Shown in pieces: positions 60,350 to 64,000 of a stretch of DNA of 64,000 nt. The position numbers and the translations under genes are program-made. The stretch's first letter is position 1. Each line of letters opens with the position of its first letter. Location: NCBI RefSeq assembly GCF_009914755.1, contig NC_060927.1, one strand, 5' to 3'. The notes beneath the pieces were generated by a model. That model saw only the letters and a list, made by a program, of their open reading frames with translations. It made no database searches and had not been told where the DNA came from. This DNA comes from the human T2T-CHM13v2.0 reference genome, Homo sapiens.

Positions 60350-63300
60350 CATAAATCAGCCTCCTTCCTGTGGGCATAGTCCATGCACAAAAGGAGTCAC
60401 ATCACCTAAGTGCTGGACCCAGAGATACGTCACAATTTATCCTGTGCACAAAGTTAAGGTAATAGAGGAGAGTCATATTAAACAGTTTCTGGGCCCAGGG
60501 ATATGTCACAATGGCTCCTGTGAGCAGAGATCAAGCAGAATAATCACATAACCGGTGTGCTGGACACAGCGATAAGCCACCCTTTCATCTGTGGGCATGA
60601 CCCAGGCAAGAAAGAAGAGTCACTGCATTTAGGTGCTTGCTGCAGAGGTACGTAACAATCTCTCTTATGGGCAAAGCCCAGGTAAGAGAGGAGAGTCACA
60701 TCTCCAAGGTATTAACGTAGAAATATGTCACAAGAAACTTTTTAGGCAGGGCCCATGCTGGATCTTCTTATCTTCCAGATGTTAGGTGCAGGGATATGTC
60801 AGAATACCCAAAATACACAGGGCTTAGTCAAAAAAGGAGAACCACATCACCTAGGTGCTGGGTCTAGACATATGTCACATCTCTTTTATGGGAAAAGCTC
60901 AGGTGAAAAAGCAGTTCGCATCAAATAGTTGTTAGGCCCAGAGATATGTCACATTGCCTCCTGCTTGAAGCGTCTAGGCCAAAGACTCACATCTTCTTGG
61001 TGCTAGGCCCGTGTTCATATATAAACATTCAAGCAGAGTTGAAATGGTGGCTCATTTCTAAACCCAGCTGATAGGCAAGGGAGGACTCTCCTATCCTGAC
61101 CTAGTTAACTGTAATGACGTTGACTCTCATACCCGGGCTTAATGCCACAGGTATGATCATGGGTCCCTACCAGCAGGAAGGTCTCAAAGTTGATTGCAAC
61201 TGTCATTCATACTGTATAGTGCCATTGGGTAGTACACAGAGATTGCTAACTGCGCCGAGCACACAGGTGAGACTGTGGCACTCATATGCACACCCAGCCA
61301 ACAGTAAATATTCTCATCCTCTCACATGAACACAGGTCACTGTTGAGGTTCTGAATCTCACACCTGTAGTCAGTCAAAGGTGGGAAAAATTGACATATAT
61401 GGATACTCATGGGTTGGTGACTCTCAGACCAAGATTCAGCACAACTGTGAGGCTGTGACTTCACTAAGGTGACACGATCTGCAGAGGAATTGAGGCTCTC
61501 ATGCACAAATCCAGTCTGGTGTTGAGATGGTTACTCGTGGGCTTAGACCCAACATACAGGAGGTGTTGAATGTCATGCCTACAACTGTGACAGTTGTGGG
61601 GTTGTTAATCTCATTCCTGGACCATTCTGCAGGTTTCATGATGAAATTTCCCAGTGCCTAGCACCTGAGTGACTTGAAGATCTTCCATGGACCCAGCCCA
61701 CAGATGGGATATTAACATATTGCTGGATCCAGCACCTTGAGGGTGTAACTCTATTCTCCTTCCTTGGCACTGCCCACAGTGAGCATTTTGACATATCGCT
61801 AGACTTTGCACCCAGGCGATGTGAGTCTCCTCTTCTGCCTCGATGCTGCCCACAGGAAGCGTTGTTCTATATAGCTTGGACTGGCACCCAGGTTTTGTGA
61901 CTCTCCGGCTTGTGCCCATATGGGACACTGTGGTATATTGCTGGGTCCACTACCCAGGTGATGTAACTCCTCTGCCTGGGCCCTGCCTACAAGGGGCATT
62001 GTGACAGATCTCTGTGCTCATTGGCCAGGTAATGTGATTCTCTTTTCCTGTCTGGTCCCTTTACACAGAAGGGATTGTGACATGTTGTTGGGCTTAGCAC
62101 CAAGTTGATGTGAATCTTCTGCCTGGATCAAGTTCACAGAAGGCCTTGTGACATACCTCTGTGTCCATTACCTATTTGATGTGACTCTCCTCTCTTACCT
62201 GAACATTGCCCATAAGAGAGATTGTGACATATCTTTGGGCCAAGCACCAGGATGATGTGACTCTTCTCCCTGCCTCGGTCATGCCCACAGAGGGAAGTGT
62301 GACTTATAACTGGGCACAGCACACAGGTGAAGTGATTCTTCTGCCTGGTCCATACCTACAGGAGTCATTGTCAAATACCTCTGGGCCCATCATCTAGACT
62401 ATGTGACTCTCTACTTCTTCCTAGGGCCTGCTCACATAAGGATTGTGACATATTACTTTGCCCAGTACCTACATGATGTGACTTTTCTCTCATGTCTGGG
62501 CTCCGTCTTGGAGATGAATGTGACACACAGCTAGGCCTGGCCCCTAGGTTATGTAACTTCTTTTTCAAAATCCTACTCACCAGGGGCATTGAAACATCTC
62601 TCTGGGCACTTCACTTAGGTAATGTTACCCTGTTGCCTGGAGCCTCCCCTCAGGGGGTATTGTGACACATTGCTGGACCCAGTACCTATGTGATATACTC
62701 TCCTTTCTTGCCTGGGCCCTGTATATGTTGTGTATTGTAATATATGGCTGGGTTCAATGACTAGGTGATGCAATTCTTATGCATAGGCCCTACCCACAGG
62801 GACACGGTGACATTTCTTTAGCTCTGACTCTCCTCTTCTGCCTTAGCCCTGCCAAAAACGGAGGTGGTGACATATAACTGGACCTAGCAACCAGCTAATA
62901 TGGCTCTCCTCTTTTGCCTGCACCCAGCATATTTTGGGTATTGTGATGTATCATTTATCTCAAAACCTGCAGGATGAAAGGCTCCTGCCTGAGCCCAGCC
63001 ATCAGTAAAAATTGTCATTCTCCCACATGGACACAGCCCATAATTGAGGTTCTGAATCTCACACCCAGAGGCAGTCAAAAGTTGGAAAGTTGGCTCTCAT
63101 AAGTGGATGTTGTCCACAAGTGGGTTTATGACTCCCTGACCAAGATCCAAAACACTTGTGAGGCTGTGACTCCACTAAGATAACTCAATTTTCAAAAGGT
63201 ATTAAGGCTCTCATGGAAAAATCCATTCCACCATTGAGAATGTGACTTATGTACATAGACACAACATACAGGAGGGGTTGACTCTCATACCCAGAACCGG

Positions 63301-63370
63301 CACTTATATGGGATTGTTAATCTCACCCGGGGACCTTCCTGCAGGTGTGATTCAGACGTACACCTCTATG
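60350..63370. repeat. BSR/beta-satellite-like complex repeat (~70-78-bp monomers) in inverted blocks
   Basis: GAGTCACATCACCTAGGTGCTGGG..GATATGTCACA units at 60350-61020; reverse-complement units (TTGTGACATAT..CCCAGCAC..GATGTGACTCTCC) at 61640-62990; related spacer segments at ~61290-61640 and ~62990-63370. Confidence 0.8.
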
Positions 63371-63373
63371 TAT

Positions 63374-63459
63374 GTTGCAGTGAGCCGAGATCGCACCACC
63401 GCACTCCAGCCTGGGCGACAGAGTGAGACTCTCTCAAAAAAGAAAAAAAAAAAAAAAAA
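63374..63459 (+). mobile_element. Alu 3' fragment with poly-A
   Basis: GTTGCAGTGAGCCGAGATCGCACC...AAAA. Confidence 0.85.
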
Positions 63460-63664
63460 CAGGCAATGACCTTGCTTCCTGCCTCTGCCTGAAGTTAGGC
63501 ATCCCTGACCTCTGCTGGCACCCAGCAGTCAAAGTGGATGGGGTCAGGGGTCAACTCTCAGCCAAGCACAGGCCCCTTCCCCTCTCGCTACCCTACACAG
63601 GTGAAGCTGCTGGTCATGGCTAACGTGGAGCTGCTCTGTGTCCCACAGTTCCCTGCTGAACCAG

Positions 63665-64000
63665 TAATATTTCTGGCGTACGGTGTGATGTTTCACTGCA
63701 TCATACTACACGGTACAGTGTGATGCAGTGAAACATCACACTGTACTCCACAAACATGTAAAATTATGTTAATTATATGATGTGTCACTGCATCACATTG
63801 TACCATATACACTGTACAGTGATCCAACCAGAGTAATTAGCATATTTAACACTTTAAACATTTATTTCCTTGTGCTAATAAAGTTCAAAATCCTCGCTTC
63901 AAGCTATTATAGAATAAACGGTACATTATTATTAGCTATAGTCATCGTGCTGTGTAATAGAACACCAGGATTTATTCTTCCTAACTGTAACTTTGTAACC
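63665..64000 (-). mobile_element. L1MA-like 3' end with an internal inverted duplication
   Basis: GTAATTAGCATAT..AAACATTTAT..CTATAGTCATCGTGCTGTGTAATAGAACACCAG..CTGTAACTTTGTA. Confidence 0.75.

Overview
Human/hominoid genomic DNA with no intact protein-coding gene; a mosaic of segmental-duplication modules. Left module (~1-37.3 kb) is an OR7E-type duplicon: solo LTR12 and LTR5A, a VPS51 retrocopy fragment fused to an L1 piece, an OR7E olfactory receptor pseudogene, a large SATR1/SATR2-type satellite domain with an LTR-less 4.1 kb HERV-E gag-pol fragment inside it, and a duplicated 3' part of UNC93B1 (last three exons). Right module (~37.3-64 kb): RPL23A processed pseudogene, unprocessed CLUH pseudogene containing a MIR1324-like hairpin, L1/Alu/LTR debris, a 140-bp tandem array of ZNF143-type motifs, a deleted MER84-like provirus with a nested LTR5B, and BSR/beta-satellite-like blocks. 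The order OR7E-P / UNC93B-P / RPL23A-P / MIR1324 matches my recollection of 3p12.3, but a paralogous copy cannot be excluded. Most interesting signal: the satellite monomers are hairpins whose stems are kept by compensatory changes across four sequence variants, they form fold-back higher-order units around AT-rich centres, and they sit at the edges of unrelated cargo. The 9.6 kb UNC93B1 segment interrupts one monomer in phase. Repeat family names come from recall of consensus sequences, not from a database search.
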